From NCBI GenBank assembly GCA_030141605.1, contig JAQGDQ010000497.1:1-64000 (forward strand): DNA of 64,000 bases, given 5' to 3'. How positions within the stretch are numbered: position 1 is the stretch's first letter; the number at the start of each line of letters is the position of its first letter. Below the pieces are notes generated by a model. The model saw only the letters and a list, made by a program, of their open reading frames with translations. It was not told the DNA's origin and searched no databases. The translations under genes and the position numbers were made by a program. This stretch comes from Tubiluchus corallicola. Taxonomy: Eukaryota > Animalia > Priapulida. Shown here in pieces: positions 13,102 through 26,900 of the stretch.

Positions 13102-14924
13102 GTAATAATAACCTACGGTATCTTAGGTTTTCTTTCAAGCAACATTATTTCAAATCCGTACAGGCTTAAATTCTGAATAGTGACGTGTTTTGGTACATTT
13201 TTAGATAAATCCGAGTGCTTGTTTATTTAGACTATATTTTTTTATCGCATCATAAGGAAATTCGTATAATAGCAAGTGAATACACATGCAAAATGACGAA
13301 AACAATAACTTTCAGACACTTAAAAGGAAAAAACGGAATTCTATTAAAGTATATCCCGAAGAACTTTCCATACAAAGTTATCTACGCTTACCCGTCTGAA
13401 AGGCTTATGTAATTGTAAAAGAAAATAATTTAAAATATTCGCACTAGTAAAACTGCACTGTGTTGCCATCCCAGTATACAACGGTGATTTGCCAAAATTC
13501 ACCTTTTTGATGTTGTATATATGCATGTATGTAGTTTATTGACTAAAACAAGTTACATGTATACACGAGGAACGAGGTAAATGCCACAATCGAGACATCA
13601 GCGATTTTAGTCCAGATTGTCACTTTATGTACATTTCCTACTCAAAGTTATAGCATTAAAAACAGTGTTATGCATACAAGGTACATCAGCATAAAAGTTG
13701 CAAAATTTCATAACATATTATATAAGAAGAAGTAGGGTGCTCAAAGAAGTGAGTTAAATCAGCAAAGTTTACATTGTCGTAGCGGCTTCTAATATCAGAT
13801 GTTAGGGGGCGTGTCTGTATAACGTGTTTCTCAGTTTGAATGTCCCCACAAGGACATAACCTATTTTCCCTTGGCTGTCTCGCCCATCTACCCGTTTCTA
13901 TCCGCAGCCTATGTGACTGAAGACGCATTCTTGTGATGCTTCTCCCATGATTATACATAATATAAAATAATTAAAATTTTGCATACTTTACGAAGAGTAC
14001 TACGTTTATTTTTTCAAACTTTGCTCAATGCTATCTAAACTTATTTCAAGCGTCAAAATGGTTGCGCCTAACGAGATGGTCGTGGGAGTTTTTAATCTAC
14101 AAGTTTTGTGTAGCGTTACTGGTAACGCAAACACTGTATACAATAAAACTGCATGTGCGCGATATAAAATTTAAGGACAAATTTTAGGCTTTATTTACGA
14201 AGAGTGTTTACTTGTCCATTAAAATAAAAATCGCAAATTTGGTTTTGCCTGTTTAGTGGTTGTCTTAAGTACCTTAATGCATACATACTTATTTGCTTGG
14301 TTGACTAATGCAACAGCTGTATGTACATATATTACAATCTATTTCTAAACAATAACTTTTGCTTACGTAGCCGTGTTTATATAGGTCTATTTTTTATACG
14401 TTTATAGGTTTATAACAGCTAGAGCATATTAGACTTGTTTCTAAATAAGAGAACATTTATTAAACTTCAGCTTGCGTTTATACTAGTATTCGAATCTCAT
14501 ACAAGCTGCATTGTATATCAGAATTGTATGTAACTAATAATGAATTTTTTGAAAGCCACGGACTTAGATCCTGTTGGAAAGCCAGAACTGACGTCAAGTC
14601 TGGAACATCCTTCCGACTATCCCAATAATACAGTCACCCTCAACGTACAATGGCAGGTAGTGTGACTATTGCATTACGTAAAATATAAATTACAAAAAAA
14701 TTTGGTAATAATACATACCCTGACATTCTTATATTCTTATATTAACTTATTTTAGTTTTTGGTTTTTTTAATCCGTCTATTCATGCACTAAAAAATTAAG
14801 TTGCATGTACATGTCTGATGTAAATACGTATGTTCGAGAAAATGATGATGATGACGATGACGACGATAACGGTAACGGTAACGATAACGATAACGATAAC
14901 GATAACGATAACGATAACGATAAC

Positions 14925-14956
<32 letters not shown>

Positions 14957-17900
14957 TAGTTAAAATTATCAAAAACTGACTATCACTAGTCAGATCACAG
15001 AGCCAAAACACGACACGATGGAACAACTCGAGTAATCACGACGTGTGCTTAGCGACTGCAGTTAAGCAACACTAAGACTGGCCAGCAAATGGACTGGTGA
15101 TCGTCCAGGTTCGACACTCGTTTTGCCTGTTTAATTGCCCAAGAGCACATAAATGTTGAGGGAGATTGACACAAGCGGGGTTGACACCCATCTCACGGTT
15201 CGTGTTTCATCTTGCAAGATTATCTATCATAACGAACGAGGTTCCAGTTCCGCCACAACGACATTATTAAAGCTTCTGATATTAAGTAAAAATTATGTAG
15301 GGCTATAATTATCAGAAAAATCATCTTAGTACTTTTTTGTATAATTTGTTTTCACATTTGCAACTTTTCCGTCAAATTATTTTCTGCAGACCCAATCAAA
15401 CTTATATATGTGTATGTATATATATAATAATCTTTATTTGCTAATAATAAAATCGATATTCATAAGCGTAAAAGCATATAAGAACATCGTAGCATGAGAA
15501 TAAAAATTCACACAACTGTTAAAGGCAAATGTTAACCCTTTCAGTCCCAAATTAGTTTTTTAATAAGAATTTTTTTTTGGCTTGGTACTTTTGTTCAGTA
15601 TTTCCATCTTGTTTACACATAATAATTATTTTTTTCTACCTGTGCCCGCGTGCTAAATATAGCCTGTATCATACATTAGGATTCAGTGGAAGCATAAAAT
15701 GTGCTTCATTTTGCAACTGCTGATAATTTTTTAAAGTATTTAAGACATTTAGTATTCACGCTATGCTGATCTGTACAAAGTCATCTCTAAAGTACTGTAC
15801 CTTGCGCAGTTTTTTATGCTATGTAGATTTTCTAGTTTGCCATTTTATCACCATTTTTAGTCTATTGTTATTGGATTAAATCAAAATAACTATTAACAGA
15901 TCAAATAACTGTCAGTTTTAAAATTTTATTAATTTTAAAGGCAGAAAATATTCTCATATCCCACTGGATACAACGGGTATGAAAGGGTTAATAGTGCAAA
16001 CTAAAAACTACTGTGCCGGAAATTTAAAACAAAATCATTACAGAAATAGTAATTTAAATAAAACTGCGTTGTTCCAATTTTCAGTATCCAGCGTGTGAAA
16101 ATCCGACAGTAGATGAATTTCATGTGTCTTATCGCACGGACGTATCGGAAGAACCCCTGTCAATTGTTACAAATGAAAACTTCACTGATATTCCAGGACT
16201 TCCGCCGTACACGGAATACTACGTGCGAATCGGCTATAAGATCGGGGATTTACAAAGTGATTTTAGCGAAGAAGCCAGTCACGTGACTCACGAAGCAGGT
16301 GAGAATCTGAGGTCAGACAATCCCGAAGCTGGAGAAACTGTTACATAGGGTAGAAGAAACAAGTCTGTGACTAAATTCTTATAGTAAAAAGAATCAATGT
16401 TAAAAGAAGTAAATCTTGATCATTAGTGCACAGCAAGAGACTTGAAAAGGTTCGAAGCCAGGACGCACACGAAATGTAATTTCTCTTTCAAATTTGGCTG
16501 TAGACTAAACAAAACATACGATTGCGAGTTAACGTGGACTCTTTACTTTTAACTTTAGGTCTTCGGAATTGAAGCAAGCTCAATCCCGGACCTCACGAGT
16601 GTTTTTATTAAAATTCGTAATTCTACTGGGAAACTTTTTCATTTTAAACCTGAACGTAATAAAGGTTTTACATGTCAAATGTAGACTTGCGTTAACTCAA
16701 ATGTAGATTTAGGTAATTCAAATGTGTCTTGGTAGCTCAAATGTAGACTTAGGTAGTTCAAATGTGTTAACAATGGTTTACAAGAAATCTTAAGCGTTTT
16801 TGGTAAGTCAAATGTAGACACATGTCAAGTCAATTGTCCTATGTCTACATTTGACTTACCTAAGTCACATTTGAGTTACCAAAACACATTCGAAATTCCT
16901 ATGTCTACATTTAACTTACCTAAGTCACATTTGAGTTACCAAAACACATTCGAAATTCCTATGTCTACATTTGACTTACCTAAGTCACATTTGAATTTTC
17001 CTGTGTCTACATTTGACGTGTAAAACCTATACAAGCAAATTTAACTTGATATGGACAAATCATAAAACATTTTCATTGAACTTAATATAGAAAAACGGCT
17101 TGAGTTTGGGGCCTGGCACAAATTGCTAAGCAATCATACATAGAATATTAGTGAAATTAATGAATAGATCTTTAATCAATGAATCTCTAATGAATAGATA
17201 CTATCAAGAAAGAAACAGACTTCTTCGACTTAAAATCAAATGCTGGTGTTCACATTGAATTATCTTCCTTACATCATGACCTACATTTATGACCTCTTAC
17301 GCGAAGTAATTGCAAATAGAAGCCAGTGATGTTGTCAGACAAAACTTCTGCAAAAGTTACACATTTCTATTTGTAATTATTCCAGCTCCTGGGCCTGTGG
17401 AGAACCTTCATTCCAGTTCAACGCTAGACACCATTAGGTTAACTTGGGACAAACCCATACAGACTCATGGGATAATACAGCAGTATGGGATTGAATTCAG
17501 GTTAGTAGTTTGCAATCACTTTTTCAAATCCCGACAATTTAAAGGAAAACCGGATGATTGTGTAAACGTTACTTCAGAATAAAGAATGCTCTAAAATACT
17601 GAAAACTACAATAGCTTTTTTTAAATCAAATACGATTAAATAATAATTAGCTCGGATACTCAAATTTCGTCAAACTTTCAAAGCTACGCGCGACTCAGTG
17701 AATCTACTAAGATTGGCAGCGGCACCTTTTTGTCACATTCGCGTGGCCGACTAATAGAAGACGGTACCGTGATAACCTTGATCATGAACTGCAGTGTTAG
17801 GTTCTTATATCATATGATGTAGAGCCCATTTTTCGTGACATCATGAGTTTAAACTGTGCTATAACACTTATGAAAATGTGCTTGATGCGCAACGGAAGAC

Positions 17901-20900
17901 GCTTGCCATTGCACAAACTGTGGTTAGTTTCTGGCGTAAGCAATACCTGTGTTCGGTTGTCGTTAATTAACTTTTTGAGGTAATTATTTAAATATAAGAA
18001 ACAATTGTTGAATTTTATAGGCAAGAAAATGTATATTTTGGACAGTAAATTAAAAATAAGATTGAGTCTAAACAATCGTCCGGTTTTCTTTTAAACCGAA
18101 TATTTACACTGAATTTGCAACTGTCACTGCAGTATAAAGCCTTAAGAAACACAAGTGGTGTTGGTAGCAGTGATGGTGGTGGCGGTGACGAATTCAGTAA
18201 AATCAAAATTTTGACATTGAAAGAAAAGGGTGGTAATTTCAAGGGCAAATTAAAAAAAGAGACAGTCATTTCATTGAAATAAAGAGTAATTTTTAGCTAA
18301 TCAGGCGTTATGATTCAATAGAAGCAGTAATGACCTTTAGACAAACATTTGATGTAATTTCAAGGTCAAATTATGGAGTGGCAGCTTTCATCAATAATTC
18401 TTTGTTACATCATTTGTCTATTAATACAAATGTGAAAGTCATGTTTCAGGTTGTAGATGAATCACTTTGTAGAAAAAGAATAAACAACTATACTACATAT
18501 TTGCACAAAACTGAAAAGCGTTTATTAGACTACATACACATATGTAGAATGACTGCTACACTGAACACTGAGAACACGAGTGTCCTGCACTGATCACTGA
18601 GAGTTAGATAGTAAGTAACATGAGTATCACGACTTCTGCACTGCACCGAGAGTGAGAGTTAGACAGTAACATGATTAGCACGACTGCTGCACTGCACTAA
18701 GAGTGAGACAGACAGTGACTAGAAGTAAATCCAGTCAGTATATATAGGTATAGGTAATTATGTAAGCATGGCTTCACAAAAACCATTACTGTAAAATAGG
18801 GAGAGATCCAGTGAATATGCATACTCACTGGACCGTACATTATACTAGGGGTGAGTTTAGCTAGTAAAATGTAAAAGGATTAGTTAATAGATGGCAGCAC
18901 CTAAAAATATACAGTTACAATTTCCACAACAAAAACATTAACTAGCCATTATTGATTCTAATTCCAGGCGATTAACAATTAATAACTGTTCAGCTAATCC
19001 AGAACAGGATGAATACGATACCGGTTTAGTAGATGGCTCTAAAACTCACTTCGATATAAACATTCCATCCGAATATGCAAGTACGGAATACGAATATCGT
19101 GTGTGGGGAGCTACCAGCGGGGGTGAAGGAACGCAGTCAAAACAACAAGGAACACAGTGGTCTCTTTCAAAAGGTATTATTGGACCAAAGTAAAAACTTC
19201 TAGCTGCAAAACTCGTTCAATTTCACTTCAGATTTTAAAAAAACTTAATGTGAAAGCAGCTGTAATAAGGAGAATGTTTACTTTTTGACTTTTCAAAGTA
19301 AAAATTGTACATGCGTAGTTTATTGGAAACGACAGTAAGAAAGGGTTAAGGAACAAATCACATGATAGGTATTTGTTTTACTTTGATGGAATCGGATATG
19401 CACACACTTGAGTTTGACTTGACTTGATTTAAACTGCATTTATTAGTACACAGAGAATTGAAACAAAACATACGTGAACAGGTGAACTCATGAAGTGGAT
19501 GATCAATGATACTCACGAAGTGGATGATCAATGATACTCATGAAGTGGACGATCAATGATACTCATGAAGTAGATGATCAATGATATTCACGAAGTGCAT
19601 GATCAATGATACTCATGAAGTGGATGATCAATGATACTCATGAAGTAGATGATCAATGATACTCACGAAGTGGATGATCAATGATACTCATGAAGTGGAT
19701 GATCAATGATACTCATGAAGTGGATGATCAATGATATTCACGAAGTGGATGATCAATGATACTCGTGAAGTGGATGATCAATGATACTCACGAAGTGGAT
19801 GATCAATGATACTCACGAAGTGGAAGATCAATGATACTCGTGAAGTGGATGATCAATGATACTCACGAAGTGGATGATCAATTATTCTCACGAAGTGGAT
19901 GATCAATGATACTCACGAAGTGGATGATCAATGCTACTCACGAAGTGGATGATCAATGATTCTCATGAAGTGGATGATCAATGATACTCACGAAGTGGAT
20001 GATCAATGATACTCACGAAGTGGACGATCAATGATACTCACGAAGTGGACGATCAATGATACTCACGAAGTGGACGATCAATGATACTCATGAAGTGGAT
20101 GATCAATGATACTCACGAAGTGGATGATCAATGATACTCATGAAGTGGATGATTAATGATACTCATGAAGTGGATGATCAATGATACTCATGAAGTGGAT
20201 GATCAATGATACTCATGAAGTGGATGATCAATGATACTCATGAAGTGGATGATCAATGATACTCATGAAGTGGATGATCAATGATACTCATGAAGTGGAT
20301 GATCAATGATACTCATGAAGTGGATGATCAATGATACTCATGAAGTGGATGATCAATGATACTCACGAAGTGGATGATCAATGATACTCACGAAGTGGAT
20401 GATCAATGACACTCACGAAGTGGATGATCAATGATACTCACGAAGTGGACGATCAATGATACTCATGAAGTGCATGATCAATGATACTCATGAAGTGGAT
20501 GATCAATGATACTCACGAAGTGGATGATCAATGATACTCATGAAGTGGACGATCAATGATACTCATGAAGTAGATGATCAATGATATTCACGAAGTGCAT
20601 GATCAATGATACTCATGAAGTGGATGATCAATGATACTCATGAAGTAGATGATCAATGATACTCACGAAGTGGATGATCAATGATACTCACGAAGTGGAC
20701 GATCAATGATACTCATGAAGTGCATGATCAATGATACTCATGAAGTGGATGATCAATGATACTCACGAAGTGGATGATCAATGATACTCATGAAGTGGAC
20801 GATCAATGATACTCATGAAGTAGATGATCAATGATATCACGAAGTGCATGATCAATGATACTCATGAAGTGGATGATCAATGATACTCATGAAGTGGATG

Positions 20901-23900
20901 ATCAATGATACTCATGAAGTGGATGATCAATGATACTCATGAAGTGGATGATCAATGATACTCATGAAGTGGATGATCAATGATACTCACGAAGTGGATG
21001 ATCAATGATACTCATGAAGTGGATGATCAATGATATTCACGAAGTGGATGATCAATGATACTCGTGAAGTGGATGATCAATGATACTCATGAAGTGGATG
21101 ATCAATGATACTCACGAAGTGGATGATCAATGATACTCATGAAGTGGATGATCAATGATACTCATGAAGTGGATGATCAATGATACTCACGAAGTGGATG
21201 ATCAATGATACTCATGAAGTGGATGATCAATGATACTCATGAAGTGGATGATCAATGATACTCATGAAGTGGATGATCAATGATACTCATGAAGTGGATG
21301 ATCAATGATACTCACGAAGTGGATGATCAATGATACTCATGAAGTGGATGATCAATGATACTCATGAAGTGGATGATCAATGATACTCACGAAGTGGATG
21401 ATCAATGATACTCACGAAGTGAGATCAATGATACTCGAAGTGGATGATCAATGATACTCAAATGGATGACAATATACTCATGAAGTGGATGATCAATGAT
21501 ACTCATGAAGTGGATGATCAATGATACTCACGAAGTGGATGATCAATGATACTCATGAAGTGGATGATCAATGATACTCACGAAGTGGATGATCAATGAT
21601 ACTCACGAAGTGGACGATCAATGATACTCACGAAGTGGACGATCAATGATACTCATGAAGTGGATGATCAATGATACTCATGAAGTGGATGATCAATGAT
21701 ACTCATGAAGTGGATGATTAATGATACTCATGAAGTGGATGATCAATGATACTCATGAAGTGGATGATCAATGATACTCATGAAGTGGATGATCAATGAT
21801 ACTCATGAAGTGGATGATCAATGATACTCATGAAGTGGATGATCAATGATACTCATGAAGTGGATGATCAATGATACTCATGAAGTGGATGATCAATGAT
21901 ACTCATGAAGTGGATGATCAATGATACTCATGAAGTGGATGATCAATGATACTCATGAAGTGGATGATCAATGATACTCACGAAGTGGATGATCAATGAT
22001 ACTCACGAAGTGGATGATCAATGACACTCACGAAGTGGATGATCAATGATACTCACGAAGTGGATGATCAATGATACTCACGAAGTGGACGATCAATGAT
22101 ACTCATGAAGTGCATGATCAATGATACTCATGAAGTGGATGATCAATGATACTCATGAAGTGGATGATCAATGATACTCATGAAGTGGATGATCAATGAT
22201 ACTCATGAAGTGGACGATCAATGATACTCACGAAGTAGATGATCAATGATACTCATGAAGTGGATGATTAATGATAGCCAGATACCGGGATACAAGATAA
22301 GGGTCTACGGATTTATTAAGATTGAATAGTGTTTTATGGTGCACTAAATGCTCTTAGCTGAAAACTTGGTTAATTGATGCCACCAGTTTATGCACCGGTA
22401 TTACGAATGGATCTCGAAATGAAAGATTGGGAAAAAAATAGATAATCATAAAAAAATAAAAAACTACTATTTACGACTACACTGATTACTACTATTCTAC
22501 TGTTACAGCATTCTAGTATGAACAACTATCTAGTATTGACAATTGACATCTTTTCTTGTCTGTTTAATATTATTTACGTGTCTTGTAATTGTAATTTATT
22601 GTATTATATTATGTTGTTATGTTATATTATGTTACGTTACGTTATATATTATATTATGTTATGTTATTTTATGTTACGTTACGTTACATTACATTACATT
22701 ATATTATATTATTCTATTGTATTGTATTACTTGCGTTTCAGTAATTGTATAATTGTTATTATGGTTGTGTGTTATTGTCACCCATCACCCCCCCCCCGCA
22801 TTGTGTTATGTTGTTTTCCATATGCACGTTGTATTCGTTTACTAATATGTATTGGGCCACTCGAGTATGCAATAAATAGTAAATTATTACCAAAATAGTT
22901 CTGCAGGTTACAAATACTACTTTCTCCATCATGTATCTCGCAAACAGATTAAATTTTCTACACAATCTAAAACATGTAATAGTAATACATGAGCAGATAT
23001 GAAAGAATATTAATGTTTAATAATTATTTAATATAAGCAAAAACTAAATACGGATTTTAACTCTGTTAACAGTTCCATCGGGAAATGTAAGAAACTTTCA
23101 AGTCGAGATAAATACAGTAGAAGACGACAAGTACGAAATAAAGTTCTCCTGGGAGCCACCCGAATGCTTGGATCAACGGGGAAAGTTCAGGTATCAGTAC
23201 ATTTATGCTAAACGAAACTAAGATGTTTGCATAAGATTTTAACATATACAAGAAACAAAGAATGTATGTAATGCATGTAACAAGGCTTATGACAGGTCGT
23301 GTGCACGTGTCCGTCTTGTACAGTATAGAAGTTGCTGACGATGTCATAACGAAATTTAGTAAAACCATATCTCTATTCCCCTCATAATAATCTTATTATG
23401 AGGTACCCAGCAATAGTTATATACTGTCACATACCACATAATTATGTTTCTGGTCTTGTGAGTCAAACGCCAAAGGTGCACTATAATGTTACGACGACGA
23501 CATATTTTCACCCCCACCCTCACATTCAGGGGTGGTTCGATCCACTACGAAGCCACTGCATAGCAGCTATAAGCAGCTGGTATGAAATGGCTTCTCGGTT
23601 CAACTGACTAACGGACAGGTGAGTTTAACATCTCAGCACCTGTTCCGTAGAACTAGCACGGAACACACAGGACTCTGGCATGTTTATTCTGTAATAGTAA
23701 TGTGTTTCTTTCGCTCTTCTGACATTGGTTTATGGCATGAAATGAGCTATCGAATCAGTCACCAAGCTAGTTGTAGATGAACACCTTACAGTCACTTCTG
23801 CCTAACATGAGTGAGGAACGGAAAGACCAAAATGTACGTTAACTTAATATTACTAGCAGTGAGTTTGAGCTGATCTTATTGCTATTTACACTGGCTTTAT

Positions 23901-26900
23901 GGTAAACTGGACGGGACCTCAAGGCAGGCGGCATGACACCAGCAAATTACGAGGCGCTTGCGGCAGATCGAAGCAACTGGAAATCTGCTGTTAGGACAGC
24001 CATTAACAGAGCGGAGAAAACGAGGGAGGAAAAACAAGAGGATAAAAGGACTCGCAGGCACCAGAAAGATGCCCTACCTCATCCGGATGAAACAGCCTTC
24101 CAATGTGTAACCTGCAGCCGGAACTGCCGCTCAAGGATCGGACTGCTCAGTCACAGTCGACGCTGCAGCTCCATCAATTTTATTAATAACTGACTCTCTT
24201 GGCGCACAATCCATTGTCTTTCGAGACAGAAGGATGCCAACAACAACAACAACAATATCCGTGACGTATTTTGGAAGGATACGCGCGCTTGCATAGCAAA
24301 ATCCATAGCATCTGCAATAGCATAGTAACGTAGCTATGTTAGGACGCATTGTTATGTAACAATAGTAGACGCGCTCTGGAAGTTCGTGGCATTATTAAAG
24401 GGGTAGGGGACAGTTTAAGAAAACGATCGTAACAAAGACGCGCTCTGGAAGTTCGTGGCATTATTAAAGGGGTAGGGGACAGTTTAAGAAAGGGATCATA
24501 ACAAAGACGCGCTCTGGAAGTTCGTGGCATTATTAAAGGGATAGGGGACAGTTTAAGAAAAGGATCATAACAAAAAAACGAGAATAAGGTCTAACGTCTT
24601 TTATTAAAAAGAAAGCCAACATTTTCAATCACATAAGAAAATGATCGCCATCGCTAGTGTCACGTTTCTGTCCTGCCTCAACACCTTTTGCACACGCGCA
24701 AATGCAAAACCTGTAATCCTGTAGCTGTTAGACTAGGTATTGGGTTTCCTGCCAAGGGAGAAGTCGCATGCCTCACAGAAAGTATGATGATCAGGCATCA
24801 CGTCAATCTTTTCTACATGTCTTACTGCTTCACTAAACTTGGTAAAGTCGTCTGTATACAATCAAACATCTTTATTCCGCCTAGTTTTGGGTAGCAAAAC
24901 TTGAGGTTATGGCGAGTTTAGCATTATAACGAGGTGTATTAGTACATTCATGTCCGTGCAAATACACGCATTTTGTTTTGCAAAAAATATGGGCGGTTGT
25001 TGGTTGACGATATAACGGAGGGCGTTATATAACAATTTTATTACAGTAACTTTCGGTAACCTTTTCTGTGGTTCAAAGATTAAATATTAAACAACAGTAG
25101 GACAAGAAAATGGGTACCTGGAGTACTTTTCAGAAAAATCGCCTTGAAAAATAATATTACAGTACTTTACAACATTTTTATGCACATACGTACTTGCGTT
25201 GAAAGGAATTTTTGTTTGCTTTTATTTTAAATCTCCAGCAATACTGTTCCGACGTCGCCATTACGCAAACGTAAATCGAGAAGAAAATGCAATGTTAAAT
25301 TATGTCACAAAAAACTTTCCATGCAAATCTATGTTACTTAGCATTTCGCTTACCTGCTGGAAAGATTTTTGTAGCCAGAAATGATAATTTAAAACGTTTG
25401 TACAAATTGGTAAAATGCCACTGACTCACCCTTCAGGGTGCGCCACTGACTATCCAAAAACGTTTTTTAATCTTCTTGACAAGATACAGTCATTTAAAAT
25501 TTTACTTAATTAGCAACATGTATGCTACGAATGTTCTGACTATTTTTTCAACTTTACTTAATGTTATCCAAACTTGTTTCAAATTACTTATCATCAAAAT
25601 GGCTGCGTGTGACGATCGTCGGGGCAGTTTAAATTTACACGTTTTATACAGCGTTACGGTCGACACAAACCGTGTATGCAAACGGGCAGTATAAAATTTC
25701 AAGACGAATTTTTTAAGCTTTATGTAAATGGAGGGTTTTCTTGTTCTTTGACACCTTAAACTTACAGGCACAAGATTCCCATTTTACACCGTTATTTTAG
25801 GCATTACGAGTACGAATTCATAAACTACAATGAGAACGAACATCTTGAGGAAGCAGTCACATCAACTGAAGTTACATTTACATATTCGCACGGCGTCCGT
25901 CCTTCGTCAACGTATTCCCTCAAAGTTGCGTTTGTGAATGACGCCGGTAGAGGACCTTTCACGGATCCACTGCGCGCCACAACACCAGATTACGGAGCAG
26001 ATGTTGGAATCATCATGGCGTGCATTCTGGGCTCTTTGATAGGAATTGTACTCATTTCTAGTCTTGTATTTTTCTGCTGGAAGTAAGTCCGATTTTATTC
26101 AAGTTATTCGCTGCAATGACATGCACTATTCAGTAAATGAATCATGTATGAATGCATGCAAATAATGTATTTTTACTTAACTCTTACTGCAGAAATACTT
26201 ATTACTCACTTTTTACTTACCTTATATTCAGAATCTCCAGGCTATCAATTAATGCTGCAATGAATCCATAATTATTAAATTATAAAGCACAGATTCAACA
26301 AAAATTAATTAATGAAATATGAAAAAAATGTAAGCCAATAACTTTCAAATTAAATTTGAACCTATGTCCTTTTCTTACTCGAGTATAATCAAAGTTTGCA
26401 AATCAAAAATCAAAGACCATTAAATTAGTTTGAAAAATTAATCTACTAGATTATTATTCTGGTGGTGCTAATCTATTTAGTTGCAGAACTGAGCTATTAT
26501 TTTGAACTAAAGGACTGCCTTGCAGCCTTTGTAACACAAAGACAAGGACAATATTTGTTCACTGTCGCTCTGACAGCATTAGTACTGACTGCTATTTAGC
26601 GATTTACACTTTAAAAAACGGTAAAGCTGCAACACACAAATAAAAAATAACATGTGAGGCATATTCCTGGCATTGACAGTCTTTAGCCTTGAGCTCCAGA
26701 CTGTGTGGTAAGCCGAATTCTAGATTATTCGGCCACCCAAAACAGGGCAGATGTAATTAGGGAGTTGGGTGGGCTAAAGTGGTTGACTTCTAATCTAAAG
26801 CTATTTGTTTTAAATCCAGACATTTCTTTCTTTTCCATCGAATTTGTTTCGAAATTTATATATTTTTGGTGAATTCATAGCAATAGAAAGCCACATCTTA

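Noticed and set aside
19486-22276. CRISPR-like array
   Set aside because: Units are contiguous with no unique spacers, there are no cas genes, and it lies in a eukaryotic intron; it is a satellite
26755-26825. tRNA-Arg-like sequence (gacttctaatc)
   Set aside because: No acceptor stem or B box; at most a very decayed SINE head
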